NCBI GenBank assembly: GCA_963826185.1
Contig: CAWGVY010000004.1
Location: 283,487-347,486, forward strand
DNA from: an uncultured Actinomycetes bacterium
Lineage (GTDB): Bacteria > Actinomycetota > UBA4738 > HRBIN12
Length of the DNA stretch: 64,000 bases
Direction of reading: 5' to 3'
Shown: positions 10,577 to 23,510 of the stretch, one piece after another
Layout: the number at the start of each line of letters is the position of its first letter
How positions within the stretch are numbered: the stretch's first letter is position 1
Notes under the pieces: generated by a model
What the model saw: the letters and a program-made list of their open reading frames with translations, nothing else
The model's database searches: none
Told to the model about the DNA's origin: nothing
Made by a program: the position numbers and the translations under genes

Positions 10577-11073
10577 CGCATCTGGCGATCGACCCGGCGT
10601 AACCGCGCCGCCATCCCGTCCATCAGCTTCATCGAGATCTGCGGTTCGTGTTGGATCAGGTCCATCAGCGTGCGCCGGAACAGCCGAAGGGCGGTCATCG
10701 GTGTCACCGCGGTCACCGTGGCACTGCGCGGTCCGCCGTCGATCGCGGACAGTTCGCCGAAGAAGTCACCGGGGATGACGTCCCCCAGCTTCTTGCCTCT
10801 GGCGGTCACCTTGCCCTCGCCTTCCAAGATCACGTAAAGGGTTTCCCCGAGCTGCCCCTCGATGACGATGTCTTCCTTCGGTCGGAACGTCTGTTCGTCG
10901 GCCTGCGCGGCCAGCATCTCCAGATGCTTGCGGCTGAAACCGGCGAACAACGGGACGGTGGACAGGACCTGCGCCGTGTGGCGCTTCGTCCGACGGATCG
11001 GCTGCTCGGGCTGACGATCACGGCGGGGCCCTCGCGTCTCACGCCGCACCATGTCAGGCAGGCTCTGGCTCAT
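10573..11073 (-). CDS. cyclic-nucleotide-binding domain protein
   Basis: cNMP-binding domain (FGELSAIDGGPRSATVTAVTPMTALRL) in 166-aa protein. Confidence 0.7.
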   Translation of the reverse strand: MSQSLPDMVRRETRGPRRDRQPEQPIRRTKRHTAQVLSTVPLFAGFSRKHLEMLAAQADEQTFRPKEDIVIEGQLGETLYVILEGEGKVTARGKKLGDVIPGDFFGELSAIDGGPRSATVTAVTPMTALRLFRRTLMDLIQHEPQISMKLMDGMAARLRRVDRQMR

Positions 11074-11161
11074 GTCGGCAGCCTACCGCGCGGCGGCATG
11101 CGGACGCGAATGCGACCATCGACCCTGGTCAGAGCTTTGGAGGGGCCTTTAGTGTGGGTGG

Positions 11162-14798
<3,637 letters not shown>

Positions 14799-14864
14799 CG
14801 TCCGGCGCGCCGCAGGCCGGAACGGCGGCCGGAACCCGCTCGGCCGCTGCTAGCGTCGTTGGTC

Positions 14865-16127
14865 ATGACGACCTTCTGGCACCCCTTCGCCGACATGGGA
14901 GCCGTGCTCGCGCACGGCGAGCTCACCCTGGTGCGGGGTGAGGGTGCCCACGTCTGGGACGAGTCCGGGACCCGGTACCTGGATGCCACCGCCTCCCTGT
15001 GGTACTGCAACGTGGGCTGGGGCCGCACGGAGATCGCCGATGCGGCCGCCCGGCAGATGGCAGCGCTCCCCACCTATTCGACCTTCGGTGACATCACGAA
15101 TCGCCCCGCCGCAGCGCTCGCCGATCGGGTGGCGGCCATGGCCCCGGTCAGCCACTCGAAAGTGTTCTTCACCAGCGGTGGCTCGGACTCGATCGACACC
15201 GCGACCAAGATGGCGCGGCGCTATTGGCAGTTGGTGGATCAGCCCGATCGCACGATCTTGATCCGCCGGGAGAAGGCCTACCACGGCATGCACACGGCCG
15301 GCACCTCGCTGGCCGGCATCCCCGCGAACGCCGCCGGTCACGGTGAGCTGATCGAGGATGTCGCGGAGGTGGCTTGGGACGATGCCGACGCTCTGCGCGC
15401 CGTGATCGAACGAGCCGGTGACGAGCGTGTGGCGGCCTTCTTCTGCGAGCCCGTGATCGGGGCCGGCGGGGTCTTCCCGCCGCCGACGGGCTACCTGCAG
15501 GCCGTGCAGGAGATCTGCCGGGACGCGGGCGTCCTGTTCATCGTGGACGAGGTGATCACGGGGTTCGGACGGTGCGGTGACTGGTTCGCGTCGCGCCGGT
15601 TCGGCCTGGAGCCCGACATCGTGACGTGCGCGAAAGGGATCACCTCGGGCTACCTCCCCATGGGCGCGGTCCTGGCGGCACCCCGCGTTTGGGAGCCGTT
15701 CTGGGCCCCTGGCGCGGGCATGTGGCGGCACGGCTACACCTACAGCGGGCACGCGACGGTTGCGGCCGCCGCCCTGGCGAACCTGGAGGTCATGGAACGC
15801 GAGGACCTATGTGAGCGGGCCCGAACGCTGGAGACCGAGCTGTTCGACGCGCTCAGGCCGCTGGGCGACCATGAGCTGGTGGAGGAGGTCCGAGGAGGGA
15901 CCGGCGTGCTGGCGGCCGTGAACCTCCGGCAGGATGTGATGGCCGACGACCCCACGATGCCGGCGAAGCTCGCCTCCGCCTGCCGGACCGCCGGCGTGCT
16001 CGTCCGCCCGCTGGTGGGCGGAGCTGTGGCGGTCTCCCCCCCGTTGGTGATCGACCGGGACGGGCTCGATGAGTTGTCCGCGGGCCTGCGGAGCGGGCTC
16101 GAGGCCTCGCTCCCCCTCAGCCGGTGA
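14865..16127 (+). CDS. class III (omega) aminotransferase, PLP-dependent
   Basis: Class-III aminotransferase motifs (LWYCNVGWGR, FFCEPVIGAGGV, FIVDEVITGFGRCG, TCAKGITSGY); TTG 14859 or ATG 14865. Confidence 0.85.
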   Translation: MTTFWHPFADMGAVLAHGELTLVRGEGAHVWDESGTRYLDATASLWYCNVGWGRTEIADAAARQMAALPTYSTFGDITNRPAAALADRVAAMAPVSHSKVFFTSGGSDSIDTATKMARRYWQLVDQPDRTILIRREKAYHGMHTAGTSLAGIPANAAGHGELIEDVAEVAWDDADALRAVIERAGDERVAAFFCEPVIGAGGVFPPPTGYLQAVQEICRDAGVLFIVDEVITGFGRCGDWFASRRFGLEPDIVTCAKGITSGYLPMGAVLAAPRVWEPFWAPGAGMWRHGYTYSGHATVAAAALANLEVMEREDLCERARTLETELFDALRPLGDHELVEEVRGGTGVLAAVNLRQDVMADDPTMPAKLASACRTAGVLVRPLVGGAVAVSPPLVIDRDGLDELSAGLRSGLEASLPLSR

Positions 16128-18582
16128 TGAACAGCCCGTTGGACCGGTAGTTCACGCCGTCTACCCCCGGCCCACCGATAACCGCGTCTGCACCCGAGGG
16201 GATCCCGTGCGCATCGTCGGCGACCTTGTGGAGCCTGCCCTCCGCCGTTACGTAGAAGATCGATCCCCCAGCCTCGGTCATGCCGCGCACGCCGGCGAAG
16301 CCGTTGTCGGCCGCCACGTACTCGATGCTGTTGACCAACTGGCTCTGCGGCGAGAAGTACCGGTAGAACAGCTGCGCGTCCCCCTGTCGCGTGTAGTACA
16401 GACGACCGTCCTTCCAGAACATCCCGGTCATCCGGCTGAAGTCGATCCATGTGGGCCCCAGGACGTAGTCGCCGTCGGCAAGGACATCCTGTTTCGCGCC
16501 CAACGAGGTGCCGTTGAATGGCCACGCGTAGAGCCGCCCGTCTTGCCAGCCCGCATACAGGAGACCGTTGAGGAAGAACGTCCCCTGCGCCTTGGACCAG
16601 TCCACCCCGGCCGTGACCAATGGCGACGCCGCTCCCGGCGTGGCGCCGGTGAACCCGGAACGGCGCAGGAGCGTGCTGGACGAGGAGGGCGCCGGGCCAG
16701 GCGCGACATCGCGGTTCACGATCTCGATCGCGTCGATCAGCGGGTTCTCGGTCACGTGCCCGAAGTCGATGTTCACGTGGCCATCGCTTGTGATGTCGAA
16801 CGCCTTCATGGTTCCGACCTGATCGCCCACGTTCGCCACGATGTCGAAGTCGTCCAGCACCGGCGTGCCGTCGAGCGACACGTCGAAGACACGATCGCCG
16901 GGGCTGCTCGTGCAACCGCACCGGTTCGCGAGATACACGCGCACCTGGATGTGGGTGCCGCTGGGCACGGGGAAGTTCCACTGCATGTCGGGCGCGCCAT
17001 CAGGGTCCCAGCGCTCGGTGTCGAACACCGATGTTGGTGTGGTGGCCGGCACGGTGCCATCCACCGATCCCACGTGGGACCAGGCGGCTTCCGCGCTGCC
17101 GCCGTTGCGGAACGAACCATCATCGGCAGCCCAGTCGATACCGCAGTCCAGCGCATCGACCTCGCCGCCCCCGGCGTTCACCCGGTACAGGATCGAGCCA
17201 TCCACCGCCGAGCAGGTCTTGGTGGGCAATCGATACAACGTGCCCGGGAGGCTTCCAGGCTGGCCGACGGGCGGGACGACGCCTCCCGCCACCGGGAACA
17301 TCCCGAGCTTCGCGTGGCGTTCACCGCCCAGGAAGTCCGTGTCGCTGCCGACCAGCAACCCCTGCGGCACGGCGAGCATGTCGAACACCCCGAGACCCCG
17401 GGGGTTCCGGGTGGGGTTCCAGTCGAAGGGGACGCCGTTCTGGGGATCCAGGGCGGCGATGCCGGTGCGCTGGACCGCGCCCTCGGCCGCCTGGTCTCCC
17501 ACCGCCGCGTCGTTCATCCACCGCATGTGGCCGCCCACGTACACCGTGGATCCGGTGATCGCCACGCTGTACGTCGTGTCGCCCCCCGGATAGTCGATCC
17601 AGGTGGGGTGCTGCCCGGGACCGGCGGCGTTGGTCTCCCAGCGCGTCACGGTGTCGCACATGGTCTGCGGCCAATAGCCGGCCCCCGTGGACACGATCAC
17701 GAAGTAGGCGCCGTCCGGCGAGTACTGGACGTCGCGCACGTATTCGTGGAACCGATCGGCGCAGGTGCCCGCATCCCAGTCGTCCGTGGCCCACGGGATG
17801 ATGGCTGCCGGTGAGGCGGCCAGATCGATCTGGGCCACCTGGACCCGCGTCAGACCGCCGATCGTCCGGAAGTTGCCGATCACCACCAAGCGGTTCCCTC
17901 CCGGGGCGACGTCCATCTTCAGGATGTTCGGGCCGGTCCCCGCCGTGTAGGGCTCGGTGACGGGCAGGTCGAACGTCGTGTCCACCGCGCCGGTCGTGGT
18001 GTTGACGGCCGCCAGGCGGGCGCGTGTGACCTTCCTGATCTTGCCGAACTGCCCTCCGACGAACAGCCGGGTCCCGGCGATGGCCAGGGCGTTCACGTTG
18101 CCGGTGGTGGGGGCCGAGAACGCCGTGATCGTGGCCCCAGTGGTGGGGTTGAGTTTCGCGACGCCCCGGATGGCGGCACCGTTCACGTTCTTGAACTTCC
18201 CCCCGATGAACAGCGCCCCGCCGCCCGGCATCACCTGGAGCGACGTGACCTCCCCGTCCACGTTCGGCTTGAAGGCGGTGAGGATCGCCCCCGTATCGAC
18301 GTTGAAGGCGAACAGGTTCTTCCGGTTCAGGATGGGCTTCCCGCTCCCCGCCTCCTGGATCTGGCTGAAGGTGCCGCCCACGTAGATCGTGGAGCCGATC
18401 CGGGCGAACTGGTCGACCTGGCCGCTCAGGACGTGAGGTGTGTAGTTGACGGGGTCGGGGTTCACCAGGACGGTCTGCGCCAGCTCGGTGGCGCCCGAGG
18501 GCGTGGTGGCGGCCCACAGGCCGGCCGACAGGGCGAGAACGAGGGCCGCGGCGCCGAGGCGTCGCCGGGGGGCTGGGGACAT
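16117..18582 (-). CDS. secreted beta-propeller repeat protein with malectin-like carbohydrate-binding domain
   Basis: Signal peptide MSPAPRRRLGAAALVLALSAGLWAA; repeated ~50-aa blades (IYVGGTF, LFIGGKF, LFVGGQF); central region ILYRVNAGGG...DCGIDWAADDG resembles malectin domain. Confidence 0.5.
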   Translation of the reverse strand: MSPAPRRRLGAAALVLALSAGLWAATTPSGATELAQTVLVNPDPVNYTPHVLSGQVDQFARIGSTIYVGGTFSQIQEAGSGKPILNRKNLFAFNVDTGAILTAFKPNVDGEVTSLQVMPGGGALFIGGKFKNVNGAAIRGVAKLNPTTGATITAFSAPTTGNVNALAIAGTRLFVGGQFGKIRKVTRARLAAVNTTTGAVDTTFDLPVTEPYTAGTGPNILKMDVAPGGNRLVVIGNFRTIGGLTRVQVAQIDLAASPAAIIPWATDDWDAGTCADRFHEYVRDVQYSPDGAYFVIVSTGAGYWPQTMCDTVTRWETNAAGPGQHPTWIDYPGGDTTYSVAITGSTVYVGGHMRWMNDAAVGDQAAEGAVQRTGIAALDPQNGVPFDWNPTRNPRGLGVFDMLAVPQGLLVGSDTDFLGGERHAKLGMFPVAGGVVPPVGQPGSLPGTLYRLPTKTCSAVDGSILYRVNAGGGEVDALDCGIDWAADDGSFRNGGSAEAAWSHVGSVDGTVPATTPTSVFDTERWDPDGAPDMQWNFPVPSGTHIQVRVYLANRCGCTSSPGDRVFDVSLDGTPVLDDFDIVANVGDQVGTMKAFDITSDGHVNIDFGHVTENPLIDAIEIVNRDVAPGPAPSSSSTLLRRSGFTGATPGAASPLVTAGVDWSKAQGTFFLNGLLYAGWQDGRLYAWPFNGTSLGAKQDVLADGDYVLGPTWIDFSRMTGMFWKDGRLYYTRQGDAQLFYRYFSPQSQLVNSIEYVAADNGFAGVRGMTEAGGSIFYVTAEGRLHKVADDAHGIPSGADAVIGGPGVDGVNYRSNGLFITG

Positions 18583-18696
18583 CAGGACGGTTCCTTCCGA
18601 TCGCGACGGGTGCCATCCCCCGGACTTACGCGGGGTCGGCCGGATGGTAGGTGCCGATCGGGGGTCAGACAACGACCCGGAGGTGACGATCCTGTG

Positions 18697-19017
18697 TCAG
18701 TGGAACGAGCTACCGCAGGCGCATCCGCCCTGGGCGGCCGGGTTGTCGATCGTGAACCCGGACTGCTCCAGGCTGTCCACGAAGTCGATCGTGGCCTCGC
18801 TGAGGTACGGCACGCTCATCTTGTCGATGACGACCCGGACGCCGAACTGATCCTGGGTGGCGTCCTTCTCGGTGATCTGATCGTCGAGGTACATCGCGTA
18901 GCGGAGGCCGGAGCACCCGCCGGGCTGCACGGCGACACGCAGCGCGATGTCGTCGCGACCCTCCTCCACGAGGAGCTCCTTCACCTTGCCGGCGGCGTTC
19001 TGTGTGAGCGAGATCAT
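18697..19017 (-). CDS. erpA: Fe-S cluster insertion protein (HesB/IscA/ErpA family)
   Basis: MISLTQNAAGKVKEL... and C-terminal CxCGSSF motif; 107 aa. Confidence 0.75.
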   Translation of the reverse strand: MISLTQNAAGKVKELLVEEGRDDIALRVAVQPGGCSGLRYAMYLDDQITEKDATQDQFGVRVVIDKMSVPYLSEATIDFVDSLEQSGFTIDNPAAQGGCACGSSFH

Positions 19018-19090
19018 GCGGTCCCTCCGATATCGGGGGTTCGGGTGTCCGGGTTGAGCTGCAACCCCTCTATGATACGGGCAGAACGCC

Positions 19091-20224
19091 CTATCCTCCA
19101 GAGCTTCTCTTGATCCGGTCGGCACGGTGGGCGAGGGCCTCGGCGACGCTCTCCAGCGACGAGCGGGCCTGGCCCACGGCGGCCTCCTCCCCGACCGCGT
19201 CGACGAGCGACATCACCGTCACCCCGTCGGGGGCCACCTCGGCACGGCCACACAGGATCGCGACCGGTACGCCCACCTCCTCCGCGAGCCCCATGATCCC
19301 CGCCGGCACCTTGCCACGCAGCGATTGCGCATCCAGCGCGCCCTCGCCGGTGATCGCGATGTCGGCCTCGGCCATCGCTCGGACCAGATCCACCGCCTCC
19401 ATCACCACCTCGACGCCAGGACGCAGACGGGCTCCGCAGAACGCCATCAGGCCGAACCCCAGTCCGCCGGCAGCGCCCGCGCCGGGGCGATCCCGCAGGT
19501 CCACGCCCAGATCGTGATGGACCACCGCGGCGAGATGGCCGAGCGCCCGGTCCAGGAGCCACACGTCATCGGGCGAGGCTCCTTTCTGGGGCCCGAACAC
19601 GGCGCTCGCTCCCGCGGGACCGGTGAGCGGGTTGTCCACGTCGGTGGCCCCCACGAACCTCACCCGCGGAACCCGACGGTCCATCGCACCCAGGTCGATC
19701 GTGGCCAGCTCCAGCAACGCCGCTCCCCCGGAACGGAGCTCCGCTCCGGATCGATCGAGGAACCTGGCCCCCAGGGCCGTGGCCATGCCAGCACCGCCGT
19801 CGTTCGTGGCACTCCCCCCCAGGCAGACCAGCATCCGGTCGGCGCCACGGTCCATCGCGGCCATGATCAGTTGGCCGGTTCCCAGGGTGGTGGTTCGCGT
19901 CGGATCCCGTCGGTCGGGGCCCACTAACTCCAGTCCTGATGCGCTGGCCATCTCCACGATCCCCAGACGCCCTCCGGCACCATCCACCAGGCCCACCGGC
20001 GCCAGGACGCGACGACCGATCGGACCCGCGACCTCCACCCGCTCCGTCTCCCCTTCCAAGGCGCCCACCAGCGCCTCGAGCGTGCCCTCGCCGCCATCGG
20101 CCATCGGCACGAGCTCCAAGGTGTCTCCCGGGCGCACGCGCCGCCACCCGGTCTCGATCGCCCGGCAAGCCTGGCGTGCGCTGAGCGTTCCGCGGAACTT
20201 GTCCGGGGCAACCAGGATGCGCAT
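19091..20224 (-). CDS. glxK: glycerate kinase
   Basis: MRILVAPDKFRGTLSA... glycerate kinase family signature across ~377 aa; alt start ATG 20239. Confidence 0.8.
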   Translation of the reverse strand: MRILVAPDKFRGTLSARQACRAIETGWRRVRPGDTLELVPMADGGEGTLEALVGALEGETERVEVAGPIGRRVLAPVGLVDGAGGRLGIVEMASASGLELVGPDRRDPTRTTTLGTGQLIMAAMDRGADRMLVCLGGSATNDGGAGMATALGARFLDRSGAELRSGGAALLELATIDLGAMDRRVPRVRFVGATDVDNPLTGPAGASAVFGPQKGASPDDVWLLDRALGHLAAVVHHDLGVDLRDRPGAGAAGGLGFGLMAFCGARLRPGVEVVMEAVDLVRAMAEADIAITGEGALDAQSLRGKVPAGIMGLAEEVGVPVAILCGRAEVAPDGVTVMSLVDAVGEEAAVGQARSSLESVAEALAHRADRIKRSSGG

Positions 20225-20300
20225 CCCGCGAATGTACAATCCGCGACAGCCTCAGCATCACCGCAGGTCAGGGGGTGTGTGACCTACTCGACCCACCCGA

Positions 20301-20330
20301 TCCAGTTCCATCCAGTTCCATCCAGTTCCA
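20301..20330. repeat. tandem decamer (TCCAGTTCCA) x3
   Basis: Seen directly at left end of the low-GC insertion. Confidence 0.7.
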
Positions 20331-20413
20331 TGACGAGTAAGCAAGAGGGGGAGGGGGGTACCAGAAGACCGTTTCTTGTCAAACAGCATCATGGGCTGTG
20401 AACTCTCCCGGCT

Positions 20414-21028
20414 CTACCGAGAGCCCAGCAGGCTCTCTATCTCAAGGTGTCCTGGTCCAGGCCATTCGTCGACTGTGGTGTCGAGATGCGCCTCGACGGC
20501 TTCCAAACGGCGCGATTCAACGATGTCATGGATGAGCGACCCTGTCCCCCCAACGTAGGTCGAGGTAGCGTCCACATCCGTCGCAACGAACCAGACTCCC
20601 TCGCTCTCCCACCAGAGGTTGGGGGATTCGAACCACGCGTCCCCATAAGGGAACAATTGTCCGATCGCGCCAATGTTCCCGTCATACACGTAGTCGCCTA
20701 GATCAGGAAAGAACCCTCTACCATTCCAGAAGTAGAAGTGACACCCGCGTGACCGGTGGCTTCCTAGTGTCTCCGCCAGATTCATGGCGCACGAACGCTC
20801 CATACGTCCAACATATGGGGCGATGCTTACGGCGGATCGGTCACGTAGAGTTTGCGACTCGCGAAGTAGGTCACGAAGGACCGTCTGGTCCGTCAGGCTA
20901 GAATCCTCCCCAAGGAACTCCTCCCATGTACAGAGATTCTCGTCGCCTTCGCTCCATTCCACACTGATTGGATGCAGCACCCTAGCGTAGGCCTCGCACC
21001 GAAGGGAGGTCAGGTGTCTTATCCGCAC
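20414..21028 (-). CDS. hypothetical protein (orphan, inside low-GC insertion)
   Basis: 204-aa ORF with Trp/acidic-rich sequence and non-host codon usage; GTG 21028 without convincing RBS, true start may be internal. Confidence 0.4.
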   Translation of the reverse strand: MRIRHLTSLRCEAYARVLHPISVEWSEGDENLCTWEEFLGEDSSLTDQTVLRDLLRESQTLRDRSAVSIAPYVGRMERSCAMNLAETLGSHRSRGCHFYFWNGRGFFPDLGDYVYDGNIGAIGQLFPYGDAWFESPNLWWESEGVWFVATDVDATSTYVGGTGSLIHDIVESRRLEAVEAHLDTTVDEWPGPGHLEIESLLGSR

Positions 21029-21180
21029 TGGTGGGTCGTCCGGTGCTCTATCGACGTCGCGCGGTCGTACGGATGCGAGTAGGTTCTGTGCCCGTGTGGC
21101 CGACGTCCGAACGATCTCCGAGCCGATGTGCCCGAACGGATCTGAGAGCCTCGAGGACGTCTTGCTCAGCTCCTCGAGCC

Positions 21181-21672
21181 CTATGGGTAGGTCAAGTGCT
21201 TGAGATTCGAAAACTTCACATGCTCGGCACTCGGATTCGAACCCTCGGCATGTGAGGAGATCCAGATGGCTTCAGCGACCCACCATCCGGAACCGCTTGC
21301 TCCAGGTTGAACACCTGGAGGTACGTACCTCGTCTTCAATCCTCCATCTTGGGTCATTGGCATGGCGGGGTCGTAGTCAAACCCCTTCCCAGTGCAGTGG
21401 TTGGTCAGCCACTCATAGTCCTTCGTGATGTCCTGGCTCGGGCACATGTAAAGGTACAGGGCGTAATAGATCGACTTGTTTGGAGACGTGTCGTTGCACC
21501 GCCAGTCAGCCTTGGCAACTATCCCCGGCGCTCCGAGCGAAGGGTGAGGGTCTTGGAGCTGTATTGAGCAAGAGTTGCTGTCCGCTGGGGTGAACGCCGC
21601 TAGGGCCGCGGTGCTTCCCCACCAGAACACGGCAACCATCAAGATGAAGGAAGCTCTCAGCGTGAGTCTCAT
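21181..21672 (-). CDS. secreted Cys-containing hypothetical protein (inside low-GC insertion)
   Basis: ATG 21672 with AAGAGGGGGA RBS; signal peptide MRLTLRASFILMVAVFWWGSTAALAAF; 6 Cys in mature part. Confidence 0.45.
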   Translation of the reverse strand: MRLTLRASFILMVAVFWWGSTAALAAFTPADSNSCSIQLQDPHPSLGAPGIVAKADWRCNDTSPNKSIYYALYLYMCPSQDITKDYEWLTNHCTGKGFDYDPAMPMTQDGGLKTRYVPPGVQPGASGSGWWVAEAIWISSHAEGSNPSAEHVKFSNLKHLTYP

Positions 21673-22050
21673 GCGATCCCCCTCTTGAGATTTCCCCACC
21701 GTAGCAGGCGCGTCCGACGCGCGCGGTCATACTCGAGCTCGCCAGGCTCTTCTTCAAATGGCGAGACATCGACACCATGTTGGGCGAGGGGCGGGTTCCA
21801 TCGAAGGAGGAACGGGGTGCGCACCCATACGCTGTCGCAGGTCCCAAAGTCGAATGGAGACGAGGACTGTTGCCACTCATTCTTGGGCTGCTCTCTCACT
21901 CTCGCCTATGAGAGGCACGGACTGAGGCCAACACCAACCCACCAAACCTGCAGGCCGGACGTATGTACCCAGGTCAGAGATCCTGCACCGCAGGGATGTA
22001 CAATCCGCGCCGACACCTGAGACCGCGGAACCACGAGGGAGGCCGTGTCG

Positions 22051-22881
22051 GTGAGCCTGGATCGGGAGACGCTGATGGGCGTCGCGCACGCCGAGCGTCA
22101 ACGGCTAGGACGCACGGTTCAGTACGCCGAACCCCCCACCTGGGAGCAGCCCAGCGCGTGCGCCGGCTGGTGGAACCGTGACGTGATGGCGCACCTAGCC
22201 GCCGGCGACACGCTGTCCGCACAACTGGTGGCCGGGGAGCCGGCCGCCGAGCTCGAGGAGTTCCGCGCAGCGCACCCCGACGAGCCTTTCGACATCGACA
22301 CCTTCAACGCGTGGACCGTGAACCGGCGCTCGGCGCTCGACACACGCGAGGTCCTCACGCTCTGGGGGCAAGCGGCCGAGTCGTTCACGGCCAACGCGGC
22401 CGCGCTGAGCGACGAGGACTGGGCGGAGAAGCGATTCGACTACATCGCAGGACCCATCGCGGCCCGCTACCTGGTGCAGTCGCGCGTCGTGGAGTGGTGG
22501 CTCCACGGAGAGGACGTCCGGGCCACGAACGGGCTCGGGCCGCAATACCAGCATTGGCCGATCTACCTCACGATCGACCTCGCCGTGCGGATGCTCCCGT
22601 GGTCCCTCGGTCGCGACGGTCTGGATGTCGCGGGGCGCAGCGTGCGCGTCGTGGTGGAGGGCGCGGGCGAGGGCACCTGGCATTGGGGCCTGGGAGCGGG
22701 CGAGATCCCCGCGGGGAACCGCCACGCCGACGCCGTGATCACGGGACGCGCACCGCAGCTGGCTCTGGTGGCGGGCCAGCGCCTGGTCCCCGACGAGGCC
22801 TTCGCCTCGGGCAACGTGGTGCTGGGCGGGGACCGCGAGCTGGCCTCGATCGTCCTGAAACACCTGCGCGCCTACCCCTAG
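22051..22881 (+). CDS. maleylpyruvate-isomerase-family mycothiol-dependent enzyme (MDMPI N-terminal/DinB-like domain)
   Basis: N-terminal motif SACAGWWNRDVMAHL typical of TIGR03083 family; GTG 22051 with GGGAGG 8 nt upstream. Confidence 0.6.
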   Translation: MSLDRETLMGVAHAERQRLGRTVQYAEPPTWEQPSACAGWWNRDVMAHLAAGDTLSAQLVAGEPAAELEEFRAAHPDEPFDIDTFNAWTVNRRSALDTREVLTLWGQAAESFTANAAALSDEDWAEKRFDYIAGPIAARYLVQSRVVEWWLHGEDVRATNGLGPQYQHWPIYLTIDLAVRMLPWSLGRDGLDVAGRSVRVVVEGAGEGTWHWGLGAGEIPAGNRHADAVITGRAPQLALVAGQRLVPDEAFASGNVVLGGDRELASIVLKHLRAYP

Positions 22882-22937
22882 GCCGGGCAAGCCTTCGGCC
22901 TTCCTCGTCCGTACCCCTTGCAGGTACCGTGCTACGC

Positions 22938-23510
22938 ATGCGAACGAAGGACCCGGAGAACGACGCCGCGCTGATGCGCGCCTTCGCGTCGCGCGATGAG
23001 GGGGCGGCCGACATCTTGTACGGCAGGTTCGCGTCACGGATCTACGGTCTGGGGATCGTGATGCTCGGGTCCGACGCCGCGGCGCAGGATCTGGTCCAGG
23101 ACACGTTCGTGAAGCTGTGGCGCAACGCCGACCGCTACGACACCACGCGCGGCAAGCTCGAGACGTGGGTCCTGCTGGTGGCCCGCTCCCTGGCGATCGA
23201 CGCTCTGCGTCGGCGGGTGCTGGAGGTCCGCTCCCTGGAGGCCTCGGGGCGCCCGCGCGAGGACGATCCCGCCGCCGGACCCGAGGAACTCGCGGAAACG
23301 GCCGACATGGCGGACCGAGCGCGACGCGCCATGGCCCGGTTATCGGGAGAGCAGCGGGCGGCCCTTGAACTGGCCTACTTCGGCGGCAAGACGAGCGCTG
23401 AGGTCGCCGAGCTGGAAGGCATCCCCGTGGGGACCGCGAAGACCCGGATCCGCACCGCGCTCATGCGGCTACGGGAATCGATGGCGGAGGAGCGGCCCCA
23501 TGACGTGTGA
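22938..23510 (+). CDS. ECF (sigma-70 family) RNA polymerase sigma factor
   Basis: Region 2 (DLVQDTFVKLWRNADRYD) and region 4 (AYFGGKTSAEVAELEGIPVGTAKTRI) motifs. Confidence 0.8.
   Translation: MRTKDPENDAALMRAFASRDEGAADILYGRFASRIYGLGIVMLGSDAAAQDLVQDTFVKLWRNADRYDTTRGKLETWVLLVARSLAIDALRRRVLEVRSLEASGRPREDDPAAGPEELAETADMADRARRAMARLSGEQRAALELAYFGGKTSAEVAELEGIPVGTAKTRIRTALMRLRESMAEERPHDV

Larger units (their letters stand above)
20232..22009. mobile_element. 1.75-kb low-GC insertion bounded by perfect 14-bp direct repeat ATGTACAATCCGCG (20232-20245 and 21996-22009)
   Basis: GC drops from ~70% to ~52-55%; codon usage of internal ORFs is atypical (GAA, TTT, AGA, ACA); repeats read directly; no integrase/transposase present. 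Confidence 0.5.

Noticed and set aside
14799-14858. GCCGGAAC direct repeats / GC-rich palindrome after the metH stop as a terminator
   Set aside because: The stem is imperfect and there is no U-tract. It cannot be distinguished from chance GC-rich sequence.
20301-20330. Tandem decamer as possible CRISPR array
   Set aside because: Only three 10-bp units with no spacers. Far too short and there are no cas genes.
20620-20645. tRNA-like T-arm motif GGTTCGAATCCCCC (minus strand) inside the low-GC insertion
   Set aside because: Lies within the 204-aa ORF (codes ..WFESPNL..). The flanking bases do not form a T-stem or an acceptor stem, and no D or anticodon arms are present.
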